Positions 42,421 through 58,100 of a stretch of 64,000 nt of DNA are shown here, piece by piece. Each line of letters begins with the position of its first letter. The stretch's first letter is position 1. The notes below the pieces were generated by a model. It had not been told where the DNA came from. It ran no database searches and worked only from the letters and a program-made list of their open reading frames with translations. The stretch comes from the human T2T-CHM13v2.0 reference genome, Homo sapiens, in the NCBI RefSeq assembly GCF_009914755.1, contig NC_060931.1; one strand, given 5' to 3'. A program made the translations under genes and the position numbers.

Positions 42421-43258
42421 TGTCAACAGAAAGTAGGATGAAGTAGTTTATTTGAACATAAAACTTGAGGAATGTCATTCGGGAACACTGGCTCCAAATA
42501 AATGGGCAGTGTGATATGGTTTTACTTCGTCACCACTCAAATCTCATCTTGAATTGTAGTTCCCATAATCCCCCTATGTCGTGGGAGGGACTTGGTGGGA
42601 GGTAATTGAATCATGGGGCTGTTAGCCTCATGCTAGTTTCATGATAGTGAGTGTGTTCTCATGAGATCTGATGGTTTTATAAGGGGCTTTTTCCCCTTTT
42701 GCTCAGCACTTCTCCTTGCTGCCACCGTGTAAAGATGGACATGTTTGCTTCCCCTTTTGGCATGATTGTAAGTTTCCTGAGGCCTCCTCAACCATTCCGA
42801 ACTCTGAGTCAATTAAACATCATTCCTTTATAAATTACCCAGCCTCGGGTATTTCTTTATAGCAGCATGAGAATGGACTAGTACGCAGTGTTACAAAATG
42901 AAGTTAAAGTTTCACTTACAAAGGTAGAGACAGAGATATTTTAACAGGATAATGATATTTCCCATGCAAGACCAGTGCATATGTGACAGAGATTTGATAG
43001 AGATTTGATCTGTTACAGACTGCTGCATTCCAAGGAAGATGACTGTATTACTTGTTAAGGAGAGGTAATCTGAGGAGTAATCTGAAGAGGTCTTATCTCT
43101 GACACCATTTGGTTTTCCTTATCGTTTACAGTAAAAAAAAAAAAAAAAAGGCAAAAGTTGGAGCTGCATGCTGCATGACTCAGGCTGCATAGCCACATTC
43201 CCCCCAAGGCTCAGAATAAAGTTCCAACAACTTTAAGGTGGAATTATTTAATTTCACA
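42421..43258 (-). mobile_element. ERV1 solo LTR (LTR24/LTR36-like) interrupted by THE1
   Basis: Minus start tgtgaaattaaataattc...gttggaactttattctgagccttggggg; other end tgtcaac; TSD gtac/atac (3/4). Confidence 0.7.
42512..42885 (+). mobile_element. THE1 (THE1C/D-like) MaLR solo LTR
   Basis: tgatatggttt...gaatggactagtacg; perfect 5-bp TSD CAGTG at 42507-42511 and 42886-42890. Confidence 0.93.
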
Positions 43259-44189
43259 ATACTAAATAATACTTAATTATATATACATGTACTCCAAATA
43301 TTCTATCTTAAAATTAGAAAATGAACATTTTAACAGGGTCCACTTGACTAAATTTTGTATAATTCAATACCTTAACTTATTTTCTTGGGAATTATAAAAG
43401 CTTTTCCCTCAAAGAACAAAATTCAATTTCTTCATGTCATTTTTTAAGGAATATAGGTTATTTTTCTAAACTGTTAGAAATATTCAGAAATTATATTTTT
43501 AACAATAGGCTTGGTAAACACTTCTTGAGTGGGTAAATATTCAGCTAAGTTATAGAAAGGGTTTAGAAAATAACCACATTGTCTTCTTCCATTCCTCTGA
43601 TCTGCACACACTAATGTTGGATTAAACAACCAAGATCTCTGAAAAATCAGAAATATTAAATCATTAAACTAGCAGAGTTACTAGATTCCTTCAAAACTAA
43701 ATCTAAAAAGTTCATCCAACACACAGCTCTGAAATTTGCAAACACATAAAAGTGCCCAGACCAACTGAACCCAGACGACAATCGTTTTCCCATGTTGTGA
43801 AAAATAATTAGGTGATTTGCTGTTCTCATGAGTGCTATTTAATTCCACAAAATAGTGCTTTTCAAAAAGTACTTCTCTCTTTATTGCAATGTTTAAGGAA
43901 CATCTGTTAAAATATCTAAAAAATATTTGAATTATGTAAGACAATTTATCACCAGCAAATGAATTATGAACAAATTTTAACTTACTGGAAATGAATTACA
44001 AGAAAAATAGAAAGTTTAAGGTGTAGAATTTTTTAAGTATTAATTCTTTTCCTATCTCTAGCAAGGGTGAATTTGTACTATAATCTTGCATAATAAATTG
44101 TGAAACATTTCTCCTACATATTCAATCATTTAATAATATTTTTGGAATATATCACACAGAAATTTAGAAAACATCAATTATTTGTTATC

Positions 44190-45140
44190 ATGACCACATT
44201 CCAAATGCATTGAGTTTTTAATTCTCATATAGAATTCCATGGTATGGATGTGCTACCAGTTACCTTCCCAGAATCCGTTGTTGGACTTTCAGGGTTTTTC
44301 TTTTTTTTTTTTTCAATTCATATAATGCCTCAAGTATAATTTTTGTATTTGCATTGAAAGAAACTAAACTATTTCACTCCAAAATATAATACTTCTGATA
44401 TTTTGAGATGGCTGTTGAGGCGGCCTGCAAACAGAAGTATCTCTGCAAAGCTGTTTTTTGTGTATGAGTTTTGCTGATGCAGTCAAGCTTTCTGAGGTCC
44501 TACCTTTTACAGATCTAGAAAGATTAACGGAAAGACTGCCAGCTTTAACCGTCTGAAAGAAACAATGACCGTCTATTCTGTCAGAGGGCTGCTACCTATG
44601 GAGTTACATCTACATAACAAGATCGCCTCTCCACCCCTTAACCTGTCTTGCCACTAAAATAGATTTAGCACTATAACCTCTTTTGTGTCATGCTTGGAGC
44701 CCGCATTCTTCCTGTAACCTTAGAGTGGTATAAAAGTGTCAACCATCTTGCCTTTCTTTGAGTTCTTATATTGTGTATGACTCCCGTGCAAGTTAAAAAA
44801 AATTGTAGGCCTTTTCTCCTATTAACCTGCCTTCTGTCAGTTGATTTTTCAGAAAACCCTCAGAAGGCAAAGGGGAAGTTCTCATTGGCCTCTACAGCAT
44901 CAACAGACATTTGTAGAATAAATATGAAGATAGACTATTAGAAATAGACCTGTGCAGTAAAGAGATGTGTGTATTTCTGAATCTTATACAGGGCATTGTA
45001 TTGTCCTCCAAAAAGCTCACACGATTTTACACTCATAGGAACTATGCATGACAGTACCAGTTTCTCTTTCCTTATTTACCACTGAAAGTGATAACTAATC
45101 TTTCTTATCTCAATGCATGAAAAATAATTATCCAAAATTT
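44190..45140 (-). mobile_element. Old L1M fragment (host of the LTR at 44355)
   Basis: tagaattccatggtatggatgtg...ttgtcctccaaaaagctcacacgattttacactc...gtaccagtttctc. Confidence 0.55.
44355..44896 (+). mobile_element. Solo ERV1 LTR (LTR49/MER34/MER4 group)
   Basis: TGAAAG...CTACA; TATAAAA ~44729; perfect 4-bp TSD GCAT at 44351-44354 and 44897-44900. Confidence 0.88.
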
Positions 45141-45219
45141 GTTTTTATGAAAGAATGAGTATCTTTATTAGCAAAAAAATTTAAACATTTTAACAATATT
45201 TTATACTACCAAAAGTGTC

Positions 45220-45509
45220 TTTTTTTTTTTTTTTTGATAGACAAGGTTTTACTCTGTCACCTAGGCTGGAGCGTAGTGGCTCAGTCTTGGCTCACTGAAC
45301 CTCTACCTCCCCAGCTCAAGCAATCCTCCCACCTCAGCCTCCCAAGTAGCTGGGACTACTGGTGCGTGCCGGCTGATTTTTGTATTTTTATTAGAGACAG
45401 GGTTTCACCATACTGGCCAGGCTGGTCTTGAACTCCTGGGCTCAAGAGATCTGCCCACCTCAGCCTCCCAGAGTGCTGGGATTATAGGCATGAGCCACTG
45501 TGCCCAGCC
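45220..45509 (-). mobile_element. AluJ (AluJb-like)
   Basis: gctcaagcaatcctcccacctcagcc and aactcctgggctcaag diagnostics. Confidence 0.93.
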
Positions 45510-45630
45510 CTGGAAATGTCAATTTTTTTCTAAGTTTTGTCTGGTTACTTTTATGTCTTCATTTTATTATGCTTAAATCACTGGACCCCTGGAATTTATT
45601 TTGAAATAGATTAATGAGGGAGATGTATAT

Positions 45631-49567
<3,937 letters not shown>

Positions 49568-50869
49568 ATATCTGGATTAGTTTTCATGTTGGTTGCCAGT
49601 ATCCTGCAGTTTTTTACCAAATAAGCAAATTTTCCTACTTATTAGAACATCAAATTACAAAAAATTCCTTTGTGATTTGAAGCTATCTTTAAATTTTCTT
49701 GCCTGTTCTAATACTATGTCTGCTCCATAAGGTTTTAATCATTATTATTTCATAATTCATTTCAATATTGGATAGAGATATTTTCTCATCATAACTCTTG
49801 ATTTTAGTCTTTCCTTAACTATATTATATTTTAATTTAATTTTGTGACATGTGTAGAAAATTTCTAGAGTAGATACCTGTTCACTATTGATTCTGGTTAC
49901 ATAAGAAATTCTGTGCATTTTTAGTCTTCTTTTATGCCTGTATATAAAATTTTATGGTTTTATTTTAAAAGATCTGCAAATTTTTATGTTTATAATTACA
50001 TATTATTTATTTTTTTAACAGAAGCAATTTTCCAATGCAAATGCAAATTATATTTAATCTTTATAGTATATGTTCATATATATATATGGAAATGCTAAAT
50101 TAAGGCTGCAGTATAGCAAAAATGACCTAATCTGTTAAACCAAAAATTAATTTTTAAGTTTGTCCCATGTGGTAGAAAATAAGATAGTCAATAAAATTAC
50201 AGTGGGTAAATAAAATCAAGTTGTGCCCTCAAAGATCTTACAGTCTAACAGGTGAAAGAGATAAAGAAGTAAACAATGAAACATAAACACAAGACCTTAT
50301 GAAAGAACTACAGCTTTTGTTGCCAACTCTTGAGCATTTTCAACTACTACACACATCCTCCCATTTCACAGCCATGCAGCTGGGTCTTGCAGTGCCCTGA
50401 TCTGCCCATTGGAGTAGCCAAATTGCTCTCTTGCCCATGCTGCACACTCGTTAATTGAACTGGGAATGTGCCTCCATTTAAATTTACAGTATAGAGCAGA
50501 GCAGTGCACTATCATTCAGAAAAACAACAGCATTACTAAAGATGTTGGAACAAAATGTTCATGATTTGAAGTGCCTAGGAAACTGCCCAAATTTTTCAGT
50601 AGTGTTGGCTTAGTGTGTGCGGCTACAGAAAATGAGCCAGTGGAGACTGCCATGTTGATATAATCGAATGGATCATGAAAATGCTCATTGAAAATGCTCA
50701 ACCCTCTTGTATGTGGGTAAGCTCCTCATATAATTTGATTGGAGAAATAATTCATGATAAATTTTTAGAAGAGTGAAATGGAAAGCAATGCTGTGACTAA
50801 TACTTTGCCAGTATTCATAGTATTGATCTTTACAGTTTATTTAGAATTTTTCTACAGTTTAAAAAATTG

Positions 50870-51146
50870 AACAGGAAACCAAACACCGCATGTTCTCACT
50901 CATAAGTGGGAATTGAACAATAAGAACACTGGACACCGGGAGGGGAACATCACCTACCAGAGCTTGTCGGGGGGTGGGGCAATGGGAGGGAGAGCATTAG
51001 GACAAATACCTAATGCATGCAGAGCTTAAAACCTAGACAAAGGGTTGATAGGTGCAGTAAACCACCATGGCACATGTATACCTATGTAACAAACCTGTAC
51101 ATTCTGCTCATGTATACCAGAACTTAAAGTAAAATTTAAAAAAAAT
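50870..51146 (+). mobile_element. Short 5'-truncated L1PA8/L1PA10-like 3' end
   Basis: gcattaggacaaatacctaatgcatgc...ttaaaacctaga; TSD aaaaaattg; canonical TTT/AAAA target. Confidence 0.9.
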
Positions 51147-53132
51147 TGGAAATCAGAACAAATTATTAAAGTAAAAACATATTTTATTTATATATTTAGT
51201 GATTAGAAAATTGTAGTTTAAAAGGCATAGTGTTTTGAATAAAATTCCCACTTCTATAAAGGGATATGAAAGTAGGATTTTTTTAATATCATAGAAGTAG
51301 TAACAAAACACTATAGTGTCAATGACAAAGCATATCCATTTTAGGTGTTAAAGGTCTTTCTTTGCTATTTCCACCACATACACTGATAGTTCTTATGTTC
51401 TTCCTCTCTGATTCTACTTATGCAATTGATAATAGCACTATAATTTCTCAGCATTTTCAGATCAATAAAAATTAAATTTGTAAGACTTTTATATGTGATA
51501 AATGTGTAATCTTTTCTATGTATAAAATATTTTATTTGAAACACAGTGTTCTTTGCATTTGAGGACCAACACTAAAGAAAATCCATACTCATATAAATTT
51601 TTATGTGCAATAAATCATACATTTCTATCTAAAAATCTATGAGATTAAGAAGACAATTTTCCAATATAGTAATAACCAAAATAAAACAATTTGCTCAATG
51701 TTTTGTTCTCATTGACTTTCATTTCTGTGGAATCCATAGAGCACTTTGAATACAATCAATTATAAAAGTAAATAATAGGGCAGCCTGTTAATACCTCTAA
51801 CACTGTAGAAGTTATAAATAAATATCTTGTGTTCCAAAGCAAAATTGAATATTCTGTTTATTGTGGTACACAAAGCTGTCTAATATATGAAAAGAATCTA
51901 AAACAATGCATTAATATGGTGTCTATTTTCTATATCTTATCGGGAGTGTTGATTTATCTAGAGCAGAAAGTGAAATTTCCAATTTTCACTTCCAAGGTCA
52001 TTCATGTTTAGATGTGCCCTTCCCTTTGAAATAATTTTTCATATCACAGTATAGGCCAGGACAAGGCTTTTAATTTGCAGAGGTGAAACATTTGTTTCTC
52101 AACTTAGTAGAAAGTTACATCTAACTGAAACCATTATTAGTGAAAGCATAACCTGAGAAATGAAGCCACATGGGCTCTTCCTGTGAGAGACACCTTAGGC
52201 ATTTGCCAGAAATAATCAATCCAATCTGTACTTTGAGGCAGATCTTAGGTTTTGCAATGTTTATGGCATATATTTTGAACTGTATTTTTTTCTGAATTTT
52301 GTTAAGTGAAACAATGTCTAAGTCACTTATTTCTTTGTTTTTAAATGTTATGTTATTCTGGCTGTACTGTTGTTTGTTTCTGCCTATGCACTCAAAAGCT
52401 GCCTTCTATTTTTTTAATTTGTTAAAAAATTATTTATAGTAAAATAATAATAACCACTTATTTGCAAGACTAAGTGAAAAATTAGTCTCACCACCTTTGA
52501 CTCAAGTCAATTAATTGACAGTGCCAGCCCCTGAGGGGAAGGGTCCCAGCTCACCAGCTTCCAGGCAGCCCAGGTGATCAACAAAACCAGGTTCAGACAG
52601 CTTCCCTATTTGCATCACGACACTTCATTTTCTTCATCGTTAGAATGGTGCCAGTAACCTTACAGCATCATTGAAAAGATTATATGAGTTCATATACAAA
52701 GCAGGCTGAACAGTTCCTTGAATGTAGTGAAGTCTATCTGTGTCCATTAGAATTATTACCAATTTATTCTGTGAAACATATCAATCATCCCAGGAAATTG
52801 CCCAGTCAGTTTACATATAAAATGGATACAAATACCAGTGCATTTAATGGAATGTATTTTCTATATTTAAAGACAGTGAAACTGTTGATCTATCAACCAC
52901 ACAGTAGAATATTTGTTGTAAACAGTAACAGAGACTGCATTTTAGTGAAATGAGCGGGGCTTTAAAGTTCAAGGGACTAGCTTTGCATGAAGTTTGTGCC
53001 ACCTACTACTCAAATGTCTTTGGGCAAGTTACTGAACCATTGTGAGTCTCAGTTTTTTAATCTTTAAATTATATAAGACTTACATTCTGAGGCCATTATG
53101 GTATTATCTAATTTTACCATGAAAATGACCTC

Positions 53133-53520
53133 AGGATATAAGAGGTAGAGAGTACAATGATGGTCACCAGAGGCTGGGAAGCATTGTGGGAGAGAGGGAT
53201 AAAGATGGGATGGTTAATGGATATGAAATTACAATTAAATAGAAAGAATAAGTTGTAAAAAAAAAGAGAGATAAAACAAAATAAAATGTAGATGTTTGGT
53301 GACTAGAGTTAACAAAAATAATTGTTTATTTCAAATAACTAAAGGACTAGAACTGAAATCTTCCTAACACAAAGAAATACTAAATGCTTGAGGAAATAGA
53401 TACCCAATTGCCCTGATTTTATCATTACATTTTGTATGCTTGTATCAGAATATCATATTTACTTCATAAATATGTATAACTATTATGCATCCATAATAAT
53501 TAAAAATTAAAAAATCAAAA
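53133..53520 (+). mobile_element. L1MA (L1MA3/4-like) 3' end
   Basis: gatggtcaccagaggctgggaag...cctaacacaaagaaatactaaatgcttgagg...ccctgattttatcattaca. Confidence 0.8.
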
Positions 53521-54036
53521 ATTAGATAGTACTTAAATGTTGTCTAACATATTATGGTTACTTACTTAATGCTAATTTCTTCCCCCATCATGCACAAGAT
53601 GAATAGTCTTCTTATGTGTGAAGTTTATTGAAAACAAAAATTAGAATTTATTTGATTTTAAAATTGCTTAAGAAGCCAGAGTCTTTGGCTCTTTAGTTGA
53701 TTCAGCTGTCTGGTGGAGTTCCTTAGAATCAGAGTAGCATTATTGCTTGTAAATTTTTTATGAGATTGAACTTACTTACATAACAGATGCTGTGGCATAA
53801 AACTATAATGCTAATAGTGAATTATGCTCCATTTCAGAGGCATTCAGCAGATATAAGCACTTTTGAGTAGGGTGTTTTGTACTTGATAGCATTCCAGAAT
53901 ATTCAACCAAATCATCTAATGGTTTCTGAACTTGTTAATTTTGGGGTCAGAACCACTGCTCGTGAAGCTTGAAGGGGATACCAAGGCACAGACCTTTACT
54001 GCTCTCTATAGAGAACACTAATCCCCTCTTAAGGAA

Positions 54037-54040
<4 letters not shown>

Positions 54041-54070
<30 letters not shown>
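54041..54070 (+). repeat. (AC)15 microsatellite
   Basis: Direct reading. Confidence 0.95.
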
Positions 54071-54073
<3 letters not shown>

Positions 54074-54651
54074 CACAGCCCAGTTAAAGACTCACCGGCA
54101 CGTGTGACAGCAGACTCTCTTCCGGGATGCCCCCTGGAGAAGTGCAAGCTACGATGGAGAATGGAGTCACTAAATGAGCACAGGGTTCTCTGTGGCTGGA
54201 GTTGCCCTCAATGCCAGCGCTGCACTGACTGCAGCCTTGAGCAGGTCTCGCCTGCACTGTGGCACAGGTCTCTGGCCTCCAGCCTGGTTTTGATCACATT
54301 GCCTTCACGTTGAGCTCATGTGCTGCCAGCCTCCAGCACTTCACTTTTCTTCTAAGACCAAAAGCATGTTCCTTCATGTAGTGGGATCATACACATTAAA
54401 ATTTAGGCACCATAAATTGTAGTCTCTAAATCAGGACACCATTGAGAGTAAAATAGGGTACTACCAAAAATCGCTCCAGGACAACAGGAGCATGCTAGGC
54501 TGTTGTGAGTAAACTTGGTCAGTGGTCATCTTACGCAGGGGGTTACAGAACAGAATTGTGCCTGCTTGCCCAATTTTATCTTTACTTCTTGCAACTCCTG
54601 GTCATTTTCCCATGAGTGTTCTGGACACACTCAAGTTTTGTGAAAGAACTA

Positions 54652-55097
54652 TGTGAAAGGAAAATATATCTTGGGGCCCCAAAATTACTAAGGTGAAGGG
54701 AAAAGTCAAGCTGGGAGCTGCTTAGGGCAAACCTGCCTCCTATTCTATTCAAAGTCATCCTTCTGCTCACCAAGATAAATGCATAATTGCCTGCTTTGGA
54801 GAAACTAATCAGAAACTCAAAGAATGCAACTGCTTATCTCTCACCTACCTGTGACCTGGAAGCCCCTGCCCTGCTTGGAGTTGTTCCGCCTTTCCAGACA
54901 GAATCAATGTACCTCTTACATATACTGGTTGAAGTCTCATGTGTCCCTAAAATGTATAAAACCAAGCTGTGTCCTGACCACTTTGGATACATGTTGTCAG
55001 GACCTGCTGAGGCTGTGTCATGGACATGCCTCCTCAACATCGGCAAAATAAACTTTCTAGAAGAACTGAGACCTGTCCCAGATATTGAGGGTTCATA
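54652..55097 (+). mobile_element. 5' LTR (MER4A/MER4A1)
   Basis: TGTGAAAGGAAAAT start; TATAAAA at 54955; AATAAA ~55047. Confidence 0.92.
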
Positions 55098-55100
55098 TTT

Positions 55101-55119
55101 TGACAACCATGACGGGATT
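55101..55119 (+). promoter_or_regulatory. Primer binding site, tRNA-Arg(UCG)-like
   Basis: TGACAACCATGACGGGATT, 3 nt after the LTR; 16/19 match to TGGCAACCACGAAGGGATT, the recalled complement of a tRNA-Arg-TCG 3' end. Confidence 0.7.
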
Positions 55120-58100
55120 CTGAGGGGAGGTGCCCCTGACCTTTGACAAATCTCATATCTATGCATGGTACCAGCTTGAGCTATCTTTATGGCTCAAACC
55201 AATAAGATAATTTGCTAAGGCCTGGAGGCAACCCCTCCAGAGAATCTCTGATCTCCCCAAATTTTATTGATATCTAAAGTTTATTTTGCTATACAACTCC
55301 TTTTTTTTGGAGATTTAGTTGCTTCCAACACAAGAAAGACAATTTTCCTGCCTCCATGACGATGTTGTTGTTTTGTTGTTGTTGTTTTGTTTTGTTTTTG
55401 TTTTTGTTTTTGTTTTCCTGTTTCTCAGGTGGTAGAGAGTAGTCTTCAGCCTGAGACCTAACCCTAGGTAAGAATTGGGGTTTGTCTTGGCTAAAGTTAA
55501 GATTAACAACCAGCTGGTCTTCATTTCTCCTTACGATTAGAGTGCTCAGTAACCGTAGAACTTGTGCGATTGTTTGTTTGTTTTGCTTAACTGTTTGTTG
55601 TTGTTTGTTTCTGATTTTGTGGTTGTTTCAGTCTTTTTCCCATTGGGTTTGACCAATTCTGTTCGATTCAATCAAATCTGAAGGAAAGTTCCAAATAATG
55701 GGGAAGAAGGCCTCTGAAGTGGCTAAATTCCCACCACATGCACACACAAAAGGTGGTGTGGTGGGGGGAGAAAAACAACAGCAAAAGGGAAAAAAATAAA
55801 AACAATTTTCGATTTTGACTATTTAAGAGGCTTTATTTATGTAACAAGGCCAGCTTTTTACCTTTTTGCTAGCCATGTCAAACTGAAAGAGCAACAACTA
55901 TCACCCCACGCTGCATTTCCCTACCTAAAGTTCTGCCTTCCTTTTTTTTTCATCGTGACAGCCTGGGTTTGATTCCTAAATTAAGCCCTTTCTGGTTTCA
56001 TATTGATAACCCTGAAATAGCAGCAATTTGTCCTAGCTGACATATGGTAATGAGATAAAACATTTTTTTAGAGAAGCTCAATGGTTAAAACTCAGATTAA
56101 TTAAAAGCTAACATCCAAAATGTGTGTCTATGTGTGCATGTTTGGATTTAAAAGGCCTTTATGTTTTTGTTTTTGTTTTTTTCTCCTAGGACTTTGTCTT
56201 TTTTGAGCAAATTTTTTTTTCTTCTCAGTTGACTAAATTCCATTTTCTTCAATTACTTCTGCTGTCTTTCCTTTCTCTTGCACCCTCTGCTGCATGAGGG
56301 AACTAAAATAGTTTAAAGTAGCCTGAGATTTCTTAAAGAAAATGGAGAAGGTGCCAGACTCCCTTTAAGGGACAAATCTCTGTTATTTCTTATGGGACCC
56401 CAAGAGTATAAGCAGAAAAGTTCATCTCAGCGCTTAAACTGCTTGATTTTGTATTGTGTTACCTGAATTTTTGACTAAAACTGTTATTGTAACAGAGGCT
56501 ACTCTTGGTTTTTTAAGGGAGAGTGTAGTTTAGACACTTAGAAATGTCTTTGTTTAAAAAAAATTTTTAAGTGCACCGTAAAAGCACCACATGGTCTAGC
56601 CTCATAATAATTCTTCCCTTTTGGAGACCTAGGATTCAGTGTGGGCTCTGCCCAGAGCTCAGAGATCCAGTTAAAAGATAGGTAGTCCCAATCTAAATAA
56701 ATTGATCTCATTGTATACTCCTATGATAGATTTCTAATAATTTTATGCTTGATTTGGTATCCATCTTTAATCTCCCTCTAGCATCACTACACTTTTTCTC
56801 TCTGTAATCTTGAGAGATGCAAATTTTGCTATTTGATTTTTCACCTAAGAGTTGTTGCCTTCAATATGCAGATTTAGGGCTATTAGCTGACAACTGCCAG
56901 GGTAATGAAACAAGTTATCAAGAGTTCACTAGTCTAAGATCAGGAAAAAAAAAAAGGTCTTATGAATCTGTAAGATGTACTTCTATCAGCATGCCTAAAA
57001 CATCTATGTATTTATGTGTTGTGTACACAATGTTTCACTACTAAAACTATATAAAAGAGTTCTAATTAATTGGCTTGAAGGAAAATAAAAACACTTAAAT
57101 CAAATACTTTCTCAGAGAAAAGGAAAGACTAGTCAAATGCTTTTCCAAGTTTATGTAATCTAAGTAAAATCTTTAATAAATAAGCTAGCTTTAAAATTAT
57201 TGGTAAACTAATATTAGTGATCTATTAAGTATTGTCAGCATACATTTTTATTTGCATTTATTAATTAAGCGATTTCATACTTATCCCTGCCAAATACCAT
57301 AGGTGTCAAAATTTGGCATAGGGGTTACAAAACTATAAAACCCAGTCCCAAACATAATGATCTTTGCTTGTGTAATTTTTGATAAATAATATATTGATAT
57401 TGGTTTAATAAAAATAGCTAAATCTAAAAAAAAAATAGCTAAATCTTGGATTATTTAATAAAATAATCATAACTTCTAATCTTGTGGCTTTAGACAGCCT
57501 AGTCCCCAGTCAGGAAGCGGGTTTGTTTTGGGAAAGGACTGTTATCTTCTTTGTTTCAAAGTTAAACTACAATTTCTTCCCAAAGTTAGTTTGGTCTACA
57601 CCTAGGAAGTAACAAGGAGAGCTTGGAGGTTACAAGCAAGATGGGGTCAGTTAGTTCAAATCTTTTTCACTGACTCAGTTACAAGTTTACAGTGGTGGTT
57701 TCATAACTTTAACGATTATCACAGTTTTCATAAATAATCTAGGTAAATAATTAAAATAATTTGGTAAATGTATTGAGTAAATACTTGTAGACAAACTTTT
57801 CATAATTTAGAATCTAAAGTTATGTTAAATTAAATAATAGATATTTCATTATTGGAGTATTTTCCAATAAAAGTATATGGTAGGAAAACATTCTTTCTGA
57901 AAACAAAGCATCCTTTTTAAAAAGATAAATAATTTTTGTCTACTTCAAAGCTTATTTAAAGGTTGTATATAAAACAAGGTAAAAGTAACCAGGAAATAAG
58001 AGATATATAAAAACGGTTATAAAAATAAAGGGGTATTTTTTGGTAAAAAGCTTAAACAGAAATAATTTTATGTGAGAAAGAATCTTATATGGGAATTTAG

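Noticed and set aside
57410-57447. Short duplications (aaaaatagctaaatct x2; also 42988-43009 and ~50677-50700)
   Set aside because: Ordinary slippage events with no further structure
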